From the IMG/VR virus record IMGVR_UViG_3300045988_025400: a stretch of 41,551 bases of DNA, one strand, 5' to 3'. The notes beneath the pieces are model-generated. The model was given only the letters and a program-made list of their open reading frames with translations. It made no database searches and had not been told where the DNA came from. The stretch's first letter is position 1, and each line of letters begins with the position of its first letter. A program made the translations under genes and the position numbers. The stretch comes from a virus. Positions 9,497 to 17,711 of this stretch are shown piece by piece.

Positions 9497-9955
9497 TCAT
9501 GCTCCTCCGACTTCCCAGTGTCTCATGTCCACGCTGCCAAAATCTTTCTCGTCCACTTTTGTCACGTTGTAGCAGCCGTCCTGTGCCATAGCCACGTCCT
9601 CTTTGTCTGTAACAAACTCGCCTTTCACAAAGAACGTCAGCCCGCCGTTACCGTTCACAGACAGCGTCCACAGCCCGGACTTGTCCGCCGTTGCAAGAAA
9701 CGCCTGCGGGGGCGCGTAAGTTTTGGCCTTGCCTGTCGTGCCGTCCACCGCTTTCACGGAAAACGGAATGTACAGGTTTACCGCGTCCGCACTCTCAAGT
9801 CCGCTTTCACGCACGTTGACCGCCTTGCTGGCTTGCAGCATAACACCGCGCAGGATGGTCACATACAGCTTTGTGATTTCATCAAAAGTCGCCGGGTCAG
9901 TCTCCTGCACGGAGTTGTAGACCGTTATAGTGTGGGGCGCGTACAACCACAGCAC
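9497..9955 (-). CDS. head-tail connector component
   Basis: ORF 9497..10003. The likely start is GTG 9955 or TTG 9946, after GGGGAGGGGGG. The exact start is uncertain. Confidence 0.6.
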   Translation of the reverse strand: MLWLYAPHTITVYNSVQETDPATFDEITKLYVTILRGVMLQASKAVNVRESGLESADAVNLYIPFSVKAVDGTTGKAKTYAPPQAFLATADKSGLWTLSVNGNGGLTFFVKGEFVTDKEDVAMAQDGCYNVTKVDEKDFGSVDMRHWEVGGA

Positions 9956-10365
9956 CCCCCTCCCCGATACAGCAACCCGGTATGAGCAAGGTATTCCATG
10001 CACGTTTCCGCAAGCAGTTTCTTTGCCCCGTCCGTCGCATTGAGTGCAGACAAGGCGGATTCCCCGCCCGTTGCAAGTGTTCTGGAATAGCTGCCTACCG
10101 TTTCGCTTTTGACTTCCGCGTCATTTGCCGCAGCGTTTGCAAGGTTCTTCACGGCAAGCGCCTGCGCCGCCTCGATGACCGCATACTTGTCAACCAGCGC
10201 GCAACAGCACATCTTTACCGCATCCAGATCAGCGTTGTCTTGCGCTCTGTTGCGCGTGTAGTAATCGAGGAAGGAGCTGGCGCGGACAACAAGACGCGGG
10301 AAGACATTTTCACTCACAGCGCCCATGTAAGTGCCAGAGTAGTATTCAAAGTCTGCGTAAGTCAT
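9925..10365 (-). CDS. gp6-like head-tail connector protein
   Basis: 146 aa. The N-terminus MTYADFEYYSGTY... is typical of this family. ATG overlaps the stop of the small upstream ORF. Confidence 0.7.
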   Translation of the reverse strand: MTYADFEYYSGTYMGAVSENVFPRLVVRASSFLDYYTRNRAQDNADLDAVKMCCCALVDKYAVIEAAQALAVKNLANAAANDAEVKSETVGSYSRTLATGGESALSALNATDGAKKLLAETCMEYLAHTGLLYRGGGCCGCTRPTL

Positions 10366-10472
10366 CAGTGCCCTCCTTCCAAAACTGCGAGAATTTCAGC
10401 CTTTTTCATCGAACTGCTGACCCCTTTCACCCCGTTTTCATCGGCATACGCAAGCATTTCAGCTTTTGTCAT
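10365..10472 (-). CDS. small HeH/SAP-like (Rho-N-like) protein, 35 aa from the ATG
   Basis: MTKAEMLAYADENGVKGVSSSMKKAEILAVLEGGH. Its TGA overlaps the next ATG. The frame stays open upstream into the capsid stop region (see findings). No clear RBS. Confidence 0.4.
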   Translation of the reverse strand: MTKAEMLAYADENGVKGVSSSMKKAEILAVLEGGH

Positions 10473-10519
10473 GCCGGAGAAAGCCGGGGTGTCAGGGTCA
10501 GGCTCATTCAGCAGTTCAG

Positions 10520-11392
10520 TTAGCCCCCCACTGCCGGAGTGATGGAGCCGACAACCACGCCGTCAATGCGCTCGGCGAACAGCACCATGCCGTTGATAAC
10601 GGTATCGGATGCGGTCATGTTGGTGTAATCGGGTTCCTCGTGGATGCCGATATAACCGGTGGCGTCGGTTGTGAAGTTGAACACCTCGCCCAGATCTGCG
10701 CCGTTCACAGGGATGTAGTACAGGACGATGTTGTCCTTGGCGGTGGCGTAAATCTTGCCCTTGGGGACGCTGGAGTTCAGAATCACAGTGCCCAGACCGA
10801 GAAAGTTCTCGACATAGGTCATGCCAAAAGCGGTCTGCAGGGTGATGTTGGCAGTTGCGAGATAGTCCGCAACGTCCAGCGGGTTCATGAAATACACTGC
10901 GCCGATCTCGTCATCCTCGAACAGCACCTGCAGCTGGCCCCATGCCTGAGCCAAGGTCGCCTGGAAGGTAGCACCGCTGGCCGTGCCAGTACCGGTTGCG
11001 AGGAAGCCGAAGAAATCCTTGCGGATACCTTTCTGCACGTCCTTCAGCATTTCATCGGTGGTCATTTCGACGGCCTGATCGTAGCCGCGATCAGTGATTG
11101 CCTCGGCAGAAGTGGCCTTACGCCACTTCTTCAAGGTGATCTCCTTGTAGTTCACAGCCTCGGTCTTGTACTTGCTCAGAGGGATGGTCTCGCCCTCGGC
11201 CACAGCGCCGTCTTCCAGAGTGCCGGTAGCCTTGTAGCTCTTGAGCACAGTACCGGCCTGCTTGGCGATCTTGCGGGTAACGCCCAGAGCCTCCATCAGC
11301 TTCTTGATGGAATAACCGAACATTTCGGTAAATTCGATTTCGCGCACACGCGCGAGGTCAGCTTTCTTAATGAGCTTAGGATCAGCAGCCAT
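10520..11392 (-). CDS. major capsid protein
   Basis: 290 aa, follows the scaffold gene, with strongly biased codon usage. The sequence resembles A118-type capsid proteins (by eye). Confidence 0.9.
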   Translation of the reverse strand: MAADPKLIKKADLARVREIEFTEMFGYSIKKLMEALGVTRKIAKQAGTVLKSYKATGTLEDGAVAEGETIPLSKYKTEAVNYKEITLKKWRKATSAEAITDRGYDQAVEMTTDEMLKDVQKGIRKDFFGFLATGTGTASGATFQATLAQAWGQLQVLFEDDEIGAVYFMNPLDVADYLATANITLQTAFGMTYVENFLGLGTVILNSSVPKGKIYATAKDNIVLYYIPVNGADLGEVFNFTTDATGYIGIHEEPDYTNMTASDTVINGMVLFAERIDGVVVGSITPAVGG

Positions 11393-11394
11393 TT

Positions 11395-12000
11395 TTATTC
11401 TTCCTTTCTAAACAAATCCATATTTGCGGCGATTGCAGCCCGCCGCTCCGCTCTGTCGGTGATCTTCATGATCTCGTCTTTGGTCATCGGCTTCCCGCCA
11501 TCGTTAAGACGACCGCCCATGTCCACGCGGACGGATGCCTTGGCAACAAGCCCCTTATAGGTGCCATCCACAAGCGCATCAAGGGCCTTAGTGTCCTTGA
11601 TTTTTTCACCGTCCAGCTCCAGCGCCGCCATTTCCTCTCCACATCCGCGCATGGCGAGGTCGAGATTTGCGCCGGTGATGTTTTTGCTCTCAAAGTAAGC
11701 ACGCACGGCCTTTTCTTTCGCCGCCTTGCTTTCCTTTGCCGTGACGCCGGATTTATAAGCTTCAAAGTCCGAGTGTTCCTTCTCGTACTTTTCCTTATAG
11801 CCGCCGTCACCCGCTGCCTTGAGGTCATCCAACTGCTTCTGGACGCTTGGCAGCTTCTCCGCGTCCGCCTTGTACTTCGTGAGATCGTCCTTGAGGGGGT
11901 CGACCACGCCCAGATGCAGCGCAACCAAGCGATTTTCGATCTCTTCTGTGCAAGCGTCGCCGAGAATATTTCTGATTTCCGCTCTCGTAAATTTTGCCAT
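11395..12000 (-). CDS. capsid scaffolding protein
   Basis: ORF trimmed to ATG 12000 (AAGGAGAA RBS). Highly charged helical protein (K/E/D/A-rich) immediately upstream of the capsid gene. Confidence 0.85.
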   Translation of the reverse strand: MAKFTRAEIRNILGDACTEEIENRLVALHLGVVDPLKDDLTKYKADAEKLPSVQKQLDDLKAAGDGGYKEKYEKEHSDFEAYKSGVTAKESKAAKEKAVRAYFESKNITGANLDLAMRGCGEEMAALELDGEKIKDTKALDALVDGTYKGLVAKASVRVDMGGRLNDGGKPMTKDEIMKITDRAERRAAIAANMDLFRKEE

Positions 12001-12080
12001 GTTATTCGTTCTCCTTTTCTTTGGCCCCAATTCTTCGGGGGCGAACGTTGTATAAAAACCGCTGTGCTTCGCGGGTTTTA

Positions 12081-12127
12081 CTTAAAACAAAAGAGCCAAC
12101 CACCGAGGAAAACTCGGTAGTTGGCTC
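12081..12127 (-). terminator. intrinsic terminator upstream of the scaffold-capsid genes
   Basis: On the minus strand: gagccaac..ccgag-ttttc-ctcgg..gttggctc, followed by TTTTGTTTT. Confidence 0.6.
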
Positions 12128-12150
12128 CTATTGCCCTTCCCGGTGCCCGA

Positions 12151-12285
12151 TTACACCGAGGATTGATATTTGATTTTCTTTTGGACTTCCAGAACAATAA
12201 CGCCATCACCCTTTCGCCGCACTTCGGCGTTGTTCCCACGCTTCAAGATGGCTTCGATAGCCTGTACCATTTCATCTCGGCTCAT
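12151..12285 (-). CDS. small hypothetical protein (44 aa)
   Basis: MSRDEMVQAIEAILKRGNNAEVRRKGDGVIVLEVQKKIKYQSSV, with GGTGAAAG before the ATG. Below the ORF-track cutoff. Confidence 0.4.
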   Translation of the reverse strand: MSRDEMVQAIEAILKRGNNAEVRRKGDGVIVLEVQKKIKYQSSV

Positions 12286-12535
12286 CTTTCACCGCCTTTG
12301 TATCAACTTCGATCAATACCCCCGGTGCCGTGTAAAATCTTGCCGTATCTTCGCCGATTGCGCAAGTAACAATACCGCTTTCATTTTTCATAATTGCGCC
12401 ATTTACCCATTTGGGAATACCCCAAATTTTTCTCAATGTTCCAACAGGTATTAAATCGGGATTTACCACAGTAAATACTTCTATGTGGGAAAACGGAATG
12501 TGTTTATCCAGCTCTTTGATATAAGCACTACTCAT
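12272..12535 (-). CDS. hypothetical protein (87 aa), AT-rich insert in the head module
   Basis: ORF from the track. Visibly lower GC than its neighbours. ATG overlaps the end of the upstream gene. Confidence 0.5.
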   Translation of the reverse strand: MSSAYIKELDKHIPFSHIEVFTVVNPDLIPVGTLRKIWGIPKWVNGAIMKNESGIVTCAIGEDTARFYTAPGVLIEVDTKAVKDEPR

Positions 12536-12935
12536 ACAGCACCTTCATCCTTTCCCGCTGCTCCGGCAGCCCCGCCGCCTTGCTGAACGCCTTGTACTTG
12601 GCGTTCAGGCGTCGCAGTTTGATATTCACTGCCTGTTCTTCGTCTGTCAGCCCTGCGGCGTTGTACGCTGTTTTCTCACGCTTGAGCTTGCGTATGGTGC
12701 GCTCCACCTTGCGCTGCTCCTGCGTGGCTTCGTATGCCGTATAGGTCTTGCCCTCAAACGTACAGCCCAGACCATCGTCAATGTGGGCAAGCTGTTCGTC
12801 TGTGTAAGTGCGCTCACTTACGCCCTCAACAAACGGATAAAATGTATGCCGTACATCGACAGTTTGCCCCGCCAATGCCAGTAACGAAACCATATCCGCA
12901 AGTCTTTTCAAAGTCTGGGTAATCTGCCATAACAT
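12528..12935 (-). CDS. C-terminal fragment of the minor capsid / head-morphogenesis protein (Phage_min_cap2 / SPP1 gp7-like)
   Basis: Carries RHTFYPFVEGVSERTYTDEQLAHID...FEGKTYTAYEATQEQRKVERTIRKLKRE, the conserved C-terminal half of this family. Possible own start at ATG 12935 after AGAAAGGA, or TTG 12962. Confidence 0.75.
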   Translation of the reverse strand: MLWQITQTLKRLADMVSLLALAGQTVDVRHTFYPFVEGVSERTYTDEQLAHIDDGLGCTFEGKTYTAYEATQEQRKVERTIRKLKREKTAYNAAGLTDEEQAVNIKLRRLNAKYKAFSKAAGLPEQRERMKVLYE

Positions 12936-12978
12936 CACATCCTTTCTATCGTAAAGTCGCAAGTGGAATACACTTCTG

Positions 12979-13007
12979 TTGACTGTTATTTGATTATATG
13001 GTATAAT
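12979..13007 (+). promoter_or_regulatory. near-consensus sigma-70-type promoter of the homing endonuclease
   Basis: TTGACT (12979-12984), 17-nt spacer, TATAAT (13002-13007), then AAGAGGTGA RBS and ATG 13027. Confidence 0.65.
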
Positions 13008-13026
13008 TACATTAAGAGGTGATTAT

Positions 13027-13683
13027 ATGAGTAAATTAAACGATTTGACTGGAAAAAGATTTGGGAAATGGCAAGTATTACAAAGAGACGGGAATATTTT
13101 GCCAGTACGTTGGATATGCCGTTGTGATTGCGGCACAATTCGTAGTGTTTCAAGCGTTTCTTTGCGTGGTAGTTCGAAGTCATGCGGGTTGTGTTTACCT
13201 TACAGGGCGAAAAACCCGTTATACTTGCGGAAACATTCAAATCGGCTTTATCACGCATGGTCGGAAATGAAGCGCCGTTGCAATGGGAGATGCACCAATC
13301 ACCAATATTATGGTGATAAAGGCATTTCTTATTGTGAGGAATGGGAAGATTTTGACACTTTTGCAAAATGGTCTATCGAGAATGGCTATCACCCTGGTTT
13401 GGAAATTGACAGAATAAACGGCGACCTTGATTATTCCCCCCATAATTGCAGATGGGTATCTCATAAGAAAAATTCCAGAAACAGAAAAGCCAGGAAAAAT
13501 AATACTACTGGTGTTGCTGGTGTTTATCCAAGATTGCGAAAAGATGGCGTTGTTGTTTATCGCGCATCCATTGCAACAGATAACGGGAAAATCTATTTAG
13601 GAACTTTTTACACCATTGCAGATGCCGCTAAAGCCAGGCGAGAAGCAGAGCTAAAATATTGGGGATTTAACATCGGGGAGTAA
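13027..13683 (+). CDS. HNH homing endonuclease with C-terminal AP2 DNA-binding domain
   Basis: HNH_3-type motif LEIDRINGDLDYSPHNCRWVSHKKNSRN, plus an AP2-like region GVAGVYPRLRKDGVVVYRASIATDNGKIYLGTFYTIADAAKARREAELKYWG. Confidence 0.9.
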   Translation: MSKLNDLTGKRFGKWQVLQRDGNILPVRWICRCDCGTIRSVSSVSLRGSSKSCGLCLPYRAKNPLYLRKHSNRLYHAWSEMKRRCNGRCTNHQYYGDKGISYCEEWEDFDTFAKWSIENGYHPGLEIDRINGDLDYSPHNCRWVSHKKNSRNRKARKNNTTGVAGVYPRLRKDGVVVYRASIATDNGKIYLGTFYTIADAAKARREAELKYWGFNIGE

Positions 13684-13692
13684 TCCTCTATG

Positions 13693-14481
13693 TTATTTTT
13701 TATTCCACCGAAATACACGCCCCTGCCACTTCGTATGCGCTTCCCACCCATTTGGGCCATCTTTATCTCGTGCACCCGCGTGTGCCGATACTTCTACAAG
13801 GTCTGAACCAAGGTATTCCATTGACTGCTCCGCATATTTTTGATTAAGGGCATTTACGCCCGTCATGACAGCCCTGCGCACAGCTACGTCTACATGGTCA
13901 CGGTGTCCGCTCTCATAGTCCACTACCCGCAGGCCGCCGCTTGCAAGCTCCCTAACGGCGTCTTTGATGGCTTGCCCATAAGAAATAGCCCCGCTTTCTA
14001 CTTTCAACGTAGCCGCGTCTAACGCCCACTGGTAAGCCTTTGCCGGGGGGAGCATTGTGCGCCCCGCGTCTACCAAAAAGCCCATTGATGCGGTGATGTT
14101 GCGGAACACGTCCTGCGTCTGCCGTCTGATTGCGTCAATGGTGGTCGCATTCACCAGCACGTCAGGCTGTGTTACACGGGCAAGGTCTATGACCTCGGTG
14201 TAATACTTTTGGTTGCGCTTCACCACATCGTCTATCAGCTCATTCAGCTTTTTTTCGCTGATGCCGGTGGTCTGGCGTATGGCCTTTTCAATCTCTTTCA
14301 GATCGATGCCATGTGCCCGCAGCGCCTTGATGTCCTGCACCGTAATTTCGTTCAGCTCATCCCGCAGCTTGAGCCGGGAGCATATCTCCATCAGAAGTGC
14401 GTCCTCAAGACCACGGTACAGCTCTGCCAGTTCTTCCGGCATGGCATCCAGCAGTTCAGGGGGGAATGGATACTTGCTCAT
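13693..14481 (-). CDS. N-terminal fragment of the minor capsid / head-morphogenesis protein
   Basis: MSKYPFPPELLDAMPEELAELYRGLEDALL... through ...EVSAHAGARDKDGPNGWEAHTKWQGRVF, then 5 AT-rich codons (RWNKK) and a stop 10 nt from the endonuclease stop. ATG 14481 was chosen over TTG 14505. Confidence 0.8.
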   Translation of the reverse strand: MSKYPFPPELLDAMPEELAELYRGLEDALLMEICSRLKLRDELNEITVQDIKALRAHGIDLKEIEKAIRQTTGISEKKLNELIDDVVKRNQKYYTEVIDLARVTQPDVLVNATTIDAIRRQTQDVFRNITASMGFLVDAGRTMLPPAKAYQWALDAATLKVESGAISYGQAIKDAVRELASGGLRVVDYESGHRDHVDVAVRRAVMTGVNALNQKYAEQSMEYLGSDLVEVSAHAGARDKDGPNGWEAHTKWQGRVFRWNKK

Positions 14482-14566
14482 CTTACATGGCCCAAAACTA
14501 CCCAATTAGGGTTTTCATCTGTGCCAATGTTTACCCAAAAAGTACCGGGGTTTTCTCCATAGCCCA

Positions 14567-15970
14567 TTACTCCACCTCCTGTTGCTGCTCCGTGGTCATG
14601 TCTTGCATCTTGGGAAGCGCCGCCTTTGCGGTGGCCTCGTCCTCGTTCATCCAGCGCATACGGAACTCCCAGTCGTTCATGATGCCAGCGTTAAGCAACT
14701 GCACATCGCGGTTAAAGTCCTGCCCCTTGTCTTCAATGATACTGTCATCAAAGTCAATGGAAATTTCAACTTCCTCATCCAGCCCGGCGTTCATAAACTT
14801 ATTTCCCATGCGAAGCAGGGTGCGACACAGCCCTGTGATCGCTTGCTCGAGCAAAATCTCATGCTTTTTAATAGTCCGGAACAATGTGCTGTTTTCGCTG
14901 ATGACTTGCGTAGCCGTTGCAATACTGCCTCGGTCAAATTTGTAATGGTTTTCACCGAATCCGCACTTGCTCGACAAGATGTTCAGCATATCTTGCATAC
15001 CGGTGTTAAACTCCGCTGTGCGCAGCGTCATGTCGACCTGTTGGAGGATGCTGCCATCACTTCCTCTGTCTTCCGGCATAACATAGTATATGGTCTCACG
15101 CTTGTCGAACATAGGGCGCCCGTCAACGCTTTTGATGGCCTCCGGCTGCACCACAATGCGCTTCTTGCCAAGGACAAACTCGTTTACATAGCTGTCGTAT
15201 GTAATATCAACGCCCTTTAACTGGTCGATGGCATACGCAAACACTGCAACGCCCATCGGGTTAAACTCATCGGAATTCGCAATGTTCAGGCGGTCGATAA
15301 TAAACTGCGGCTTGTCGCTCCCTGTGTGAACGACAGGCGGGATCGTTTCAAAGCCCCGCACGCTGGCCAGCGGTACCTCATCTGTGCCGTACAGGTGGTT
15401 TTCAATGTCATACTCGCCGCCGTTCAGCCGATGAACCTGGATGTAAGTGTACTCCGTATCATTAACCCTTTTTGTTGACGCAAAAGCGCACTCTCGAATG
15501 ACTCCGTTATCCCACGTCAGCGGATAGATGTTCCCTGCACTGACATAATTGATTCGAATTCGACCGGCGTCCACAATCTCCGATGTGTCCGGATTGATGC
15601 TCATACCCTCGACCGTGGGGACATAGGCAACAGTTCCTACCGCAGCTTTCCGCTCCTGCGCTTCGTTGGCCTTTACCCACCAATTATTATCTGCAAGGAT
15701 TGCGTCTACAAATTCCTGCTCTCGTTTCCCCTCAAGGGTGATGTTCACACGCTCATTCATCAGCAGGTTTGCCCAGTCCTCGCAGACCTTCTTGCACATG
15801 TTGACAGAATATCTATGGCATTCCAGCTCTTCGATGCCGTTCCACACCGTATAGCTGTGGAAGTCCTTAACATCGCCGTCATACCAAGATCGCCATACAC
15901 CGATCAACGAGTAAAACTTGCTGTCGACCGTATCAAAGCCCAATTCTACTAATGCTCTGCGGATATTCAC
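14567..15970 (-). CDS. portal protein
   Basis: 467 aa immediately after terL. Size and sequence are typical of SPP1/A118-type portals. Confidence 0.9.
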   Translation of the reverse strand: MNIRRALVELGFDTVDSKFYSLIGVWRSWYDGDVKDFHSYTVWNGIEELECHRYSVNMCKKVCEDWANLLMNERVNITLEGKREQEFVDAILADNNWWVKANEAQERKAAVGTVAYVPTVEGMSINPDTSEIVDAGRIRINYVSAGNIYPLTWDNGVIRECAFASTKRVNDTEYTYIQVHRLNGGEYDIENHLYGTDEVPLASVRGFETIPPVVHTGSDKPQFIIDRLNIANSDEFNPMGVAVFAYAIDQLKGVDITYDSYVNEFVLGKKRIVVQPEAIKSVDGRPMFDKRETIYYVMPEDRGSDGSILQQVDMTLRTAEFNTGMQDMLNILSSKCGFGENHYKFDRGSIATATQVISENSTLFRTIKKHEILLEQAITGLCRTLLRMGNKFMNAGLDEEVEISIDFDDSIIEDKGQDFNRDVQLLNAGIMNDWEFRMRWMNEDEATAKAALPKMQDMTTEQQQEVE

Positions 15971-15974
15971 TCTC

Positions 15975-17255
15975 TCACCATCCCATCATGTGACCGGCAC
16001 GCTCCAGGTCTTTGTAATATGGCTCAATGCTGTACTCAAAGGCATCCAAACTATCGATATCGGATGTGCCGTCATCCAAGCGCTCATCTTCAAACCTATC
16101 AGGATCATAAATTGCGGTTTGCAGCGCGTCGATCAGATGCGGGCAGCTCCGCGAAACCTTAAAGCGTCCCTGCTTCATCAGCAGCACCACCAGCCTGATT
16201 CTGTCTGTGATTTGCATTTTCAGCGCGTTCTTAACCTGCGTGCCAATGTGCATTTTCTGCGCGGTATGATCTAACCCACGAATCAATACTGTTTCCGCGC
16301 TATCTGCTCGTGTCTGACTGTATCCATACTTAGCCGTCACCATCTGGCAAAATGTGGCAAAACGCCGATTCAGGGCATCAGGGTCAATCTCCTCGTTTTT
16401 GATGTATTCCTCTTCCAACGCAACAACGCGAAAGTCCTTTGTAATACCGGTCGCCTGGAACTTTGTCGCAGACTTTGTGCCGCCGAAGTCAACGCCAATA
16501 GAAATAACGGTAAACCTTGTCCCGTTTTCTTCTGCCCATTTCAAAGGATCGTCAACCAGATACTTCTCCGTGTTATTGGCGAAATCCTTATATACCACTC
16601 CCTCCGCCGCCACCCACAAGCCGCGAACATAGCGGGCATAGAAAATACCGGCATACATATTTGCGTAGCGCTCAAGCGTTCTCGCACTCAAGCCGGGGTT
16701 ATCTGTCATCTCGAAGTGAAGATATAGCGTATTCCGTTCGCGGTGTCGCTTAATCCACTCCTGATAGAACCAGTGATGCGGGCTGCCGGGGTTACAGGAG
16801 AACCACAACCGCGCACCGTCAACGGAACAACGTGCAAGCGCCTGTTCCACAAACGAGCGCGGCATCAGCACCACCTCGTCCAGCAGCACACCCGCCAGCG
16901 TGCGGCCTTGAATCAGCGTATAGCTGGCCTCGTCCTTGCCGCCGAACACCTCAAAGTAATTCGTCACGGCGCCGCGCCGCACTTCCATCACCTTGTCGCC
17001 GCGCCGCCAGCGGATAATATAGCGCTCCTTTGCAAGGCTCATCGCCGTGAACGGAACGATGATGTTCTTGGTGCAGCTGTCCACCGTGCGGCCACACACA
17101 CCGAAGCGCTGACCGCTGAAATTCTCCATCGCCCAGCGGACGAACGCCCACATCATGATGGAGGTCTTGCCGGAACGCACAGCGCCGTCGCAGATCAGCG
17201 CGTCATACTTGGAATAGGGGAAAGCAAGGATCTTCTGCTGCTTCGGGCTAATCAT
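15975..17255 (-). CDS. terL: terminase large subunit (PBSX-type)
   Basis: Walker A motif DGAVRSGKTS, Walker B motif GVLLDEV, and a C-terminal nuclease half. ATG 17255 overlaps the terS stop by 8 nt. Confidence 0.9.
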   Translation of the reverse strand: MISPKQQKILAFPYSKYDALICDGAVRSGKTSIMMWAFVRWAMENFSGQRFGVCGRTVDSCTKNIIVPFTAMSLAKERYIIRWRRGDKVMEVRRGAVTNYFEVFGGKDEASYTLIQGRTLAGVLLDEVVLMPRSFVEQALARCSVDGARLWFSCNPGSPHHWFYQEWIKRHRERNTLYLHFEMTDNPGLSARTLERYANMYAGIFYARYVRGLWVAAEGVVYKDFANNTEKYLVDDPLKWAEENGTRFTVISIGVDFGGTKSATKFQATGITKDFRVVALEEEYIKNEEIDPDALNRRFATFCQMVTAKYGYSQTRADSAETVLIRGLDHTAQKMHIGTQVKNALKMQITDRIRLVVLLMKQGRFKVSRSCPHLIDALQTAIYDPDRFEDERLDDGTSDIDSLDAFEYSIEPYYKDLERAGHMMGW

Positions 17256-17616
17256 CGCTCTCCAACCCTTCTGCCATTTCACGCAGGCTCACGCTCAATG
17301 CGTCATCCTTTGTGTTGTCCGTCGGCAAACCCAGCTCAACAATATCACGCTGCCCAAGGTACTGTTTCCCCAGCCAAATAGCCATGCTTGCGTTCTTTGC
17401 CGCAAGCTGCCACTGGCTCCGACGCAGTGAAATTTTCCCAGCTCCGCGCTTTTGCTTAAATACCTCGGAAAAACTGGCATGATAGGTGCGTTTACACCAG
17501 CTGTCCAATGTTTTATCGGTCACATCAAACCAACCGCAGATTTCTTCAAGCGTGCATTGCAGGCCGCAGAGGTTTTCGAACTGCTTCTGGTCTATTTCCT
17601 TTCTTGGCCTTGCCAT
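17248..17616 (-). CDS. terS: terminase small subunit
   Basis: 122 aa. N-terminal HTH-like MARPRKEIDQKQFENLCGLQCTLEEICGWFDV and the conserved AIWLGKQYLGQRD. AGAAAGGAGGG RBS. Confidence 0.8.
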   Translation of the reverse strand: MARPRKEIDQKQFENLCGLQCTLEEICGWFDVTDKTLDSWCKRTYHASFSEVFKQKRGAGKISLRRSQWQLAAKNASMAIWLGKQYLGQRDIVELGLPTDNTKDDALSVSLREMAEGLESDD

Positions 17617-17711
17617 ACGCGCCCTCCTTTCTATGCTGGCGTTTAATAAACTTCTCCATGTCTTGCTTCAAATACGGGCTGCTGGTTTTGGCAATAATCG
17701 CCTGTGCTTCT

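Larger units (their letters stand above)
12963..13692 (+). mobile_element. free-standing homing-endonuclease cassette inserted into the minor capsid gene
   Basis: AT-rich 730-bp block with its own promoter, RBS and HNH-AP2 ORF. It is antisense to, and exactly separates, the two halves of the minor capsid gene. Confidence 0.65.

Noticed and set aside
13007-13366. 119-aa minus-strand ORF inside the homing-endonuclease cassette
   Set aside because: It is antisense to the well-supported HNH-AP2 ORF, has odd composition and has no RBS.
12936-13700. Group I intron or intein explanation for the split minor-capsid gene
   Set aside because: The endonuclease ORF is on the opposite strand and fills almost the whole insert, leaving about 100 nt for a ribozyme core. 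Both halves have their own stop or start signals and there are no intein motifs. Splicing cannot be formally excluded without RT-PCR.
14478-14567. 29-aa ORF (MGYGENPGTFWVNIGTDENPNWVVLGHVR) coupled between the portal and the minor capsid gene, and a 31-aa ORF at 31388..31483 coupled to the 197-aa early gene
   Set aside because: Both have plausible RBS and overlap geometry. They are too short to distinguish from chance without conservation or ribosome-profiling data.
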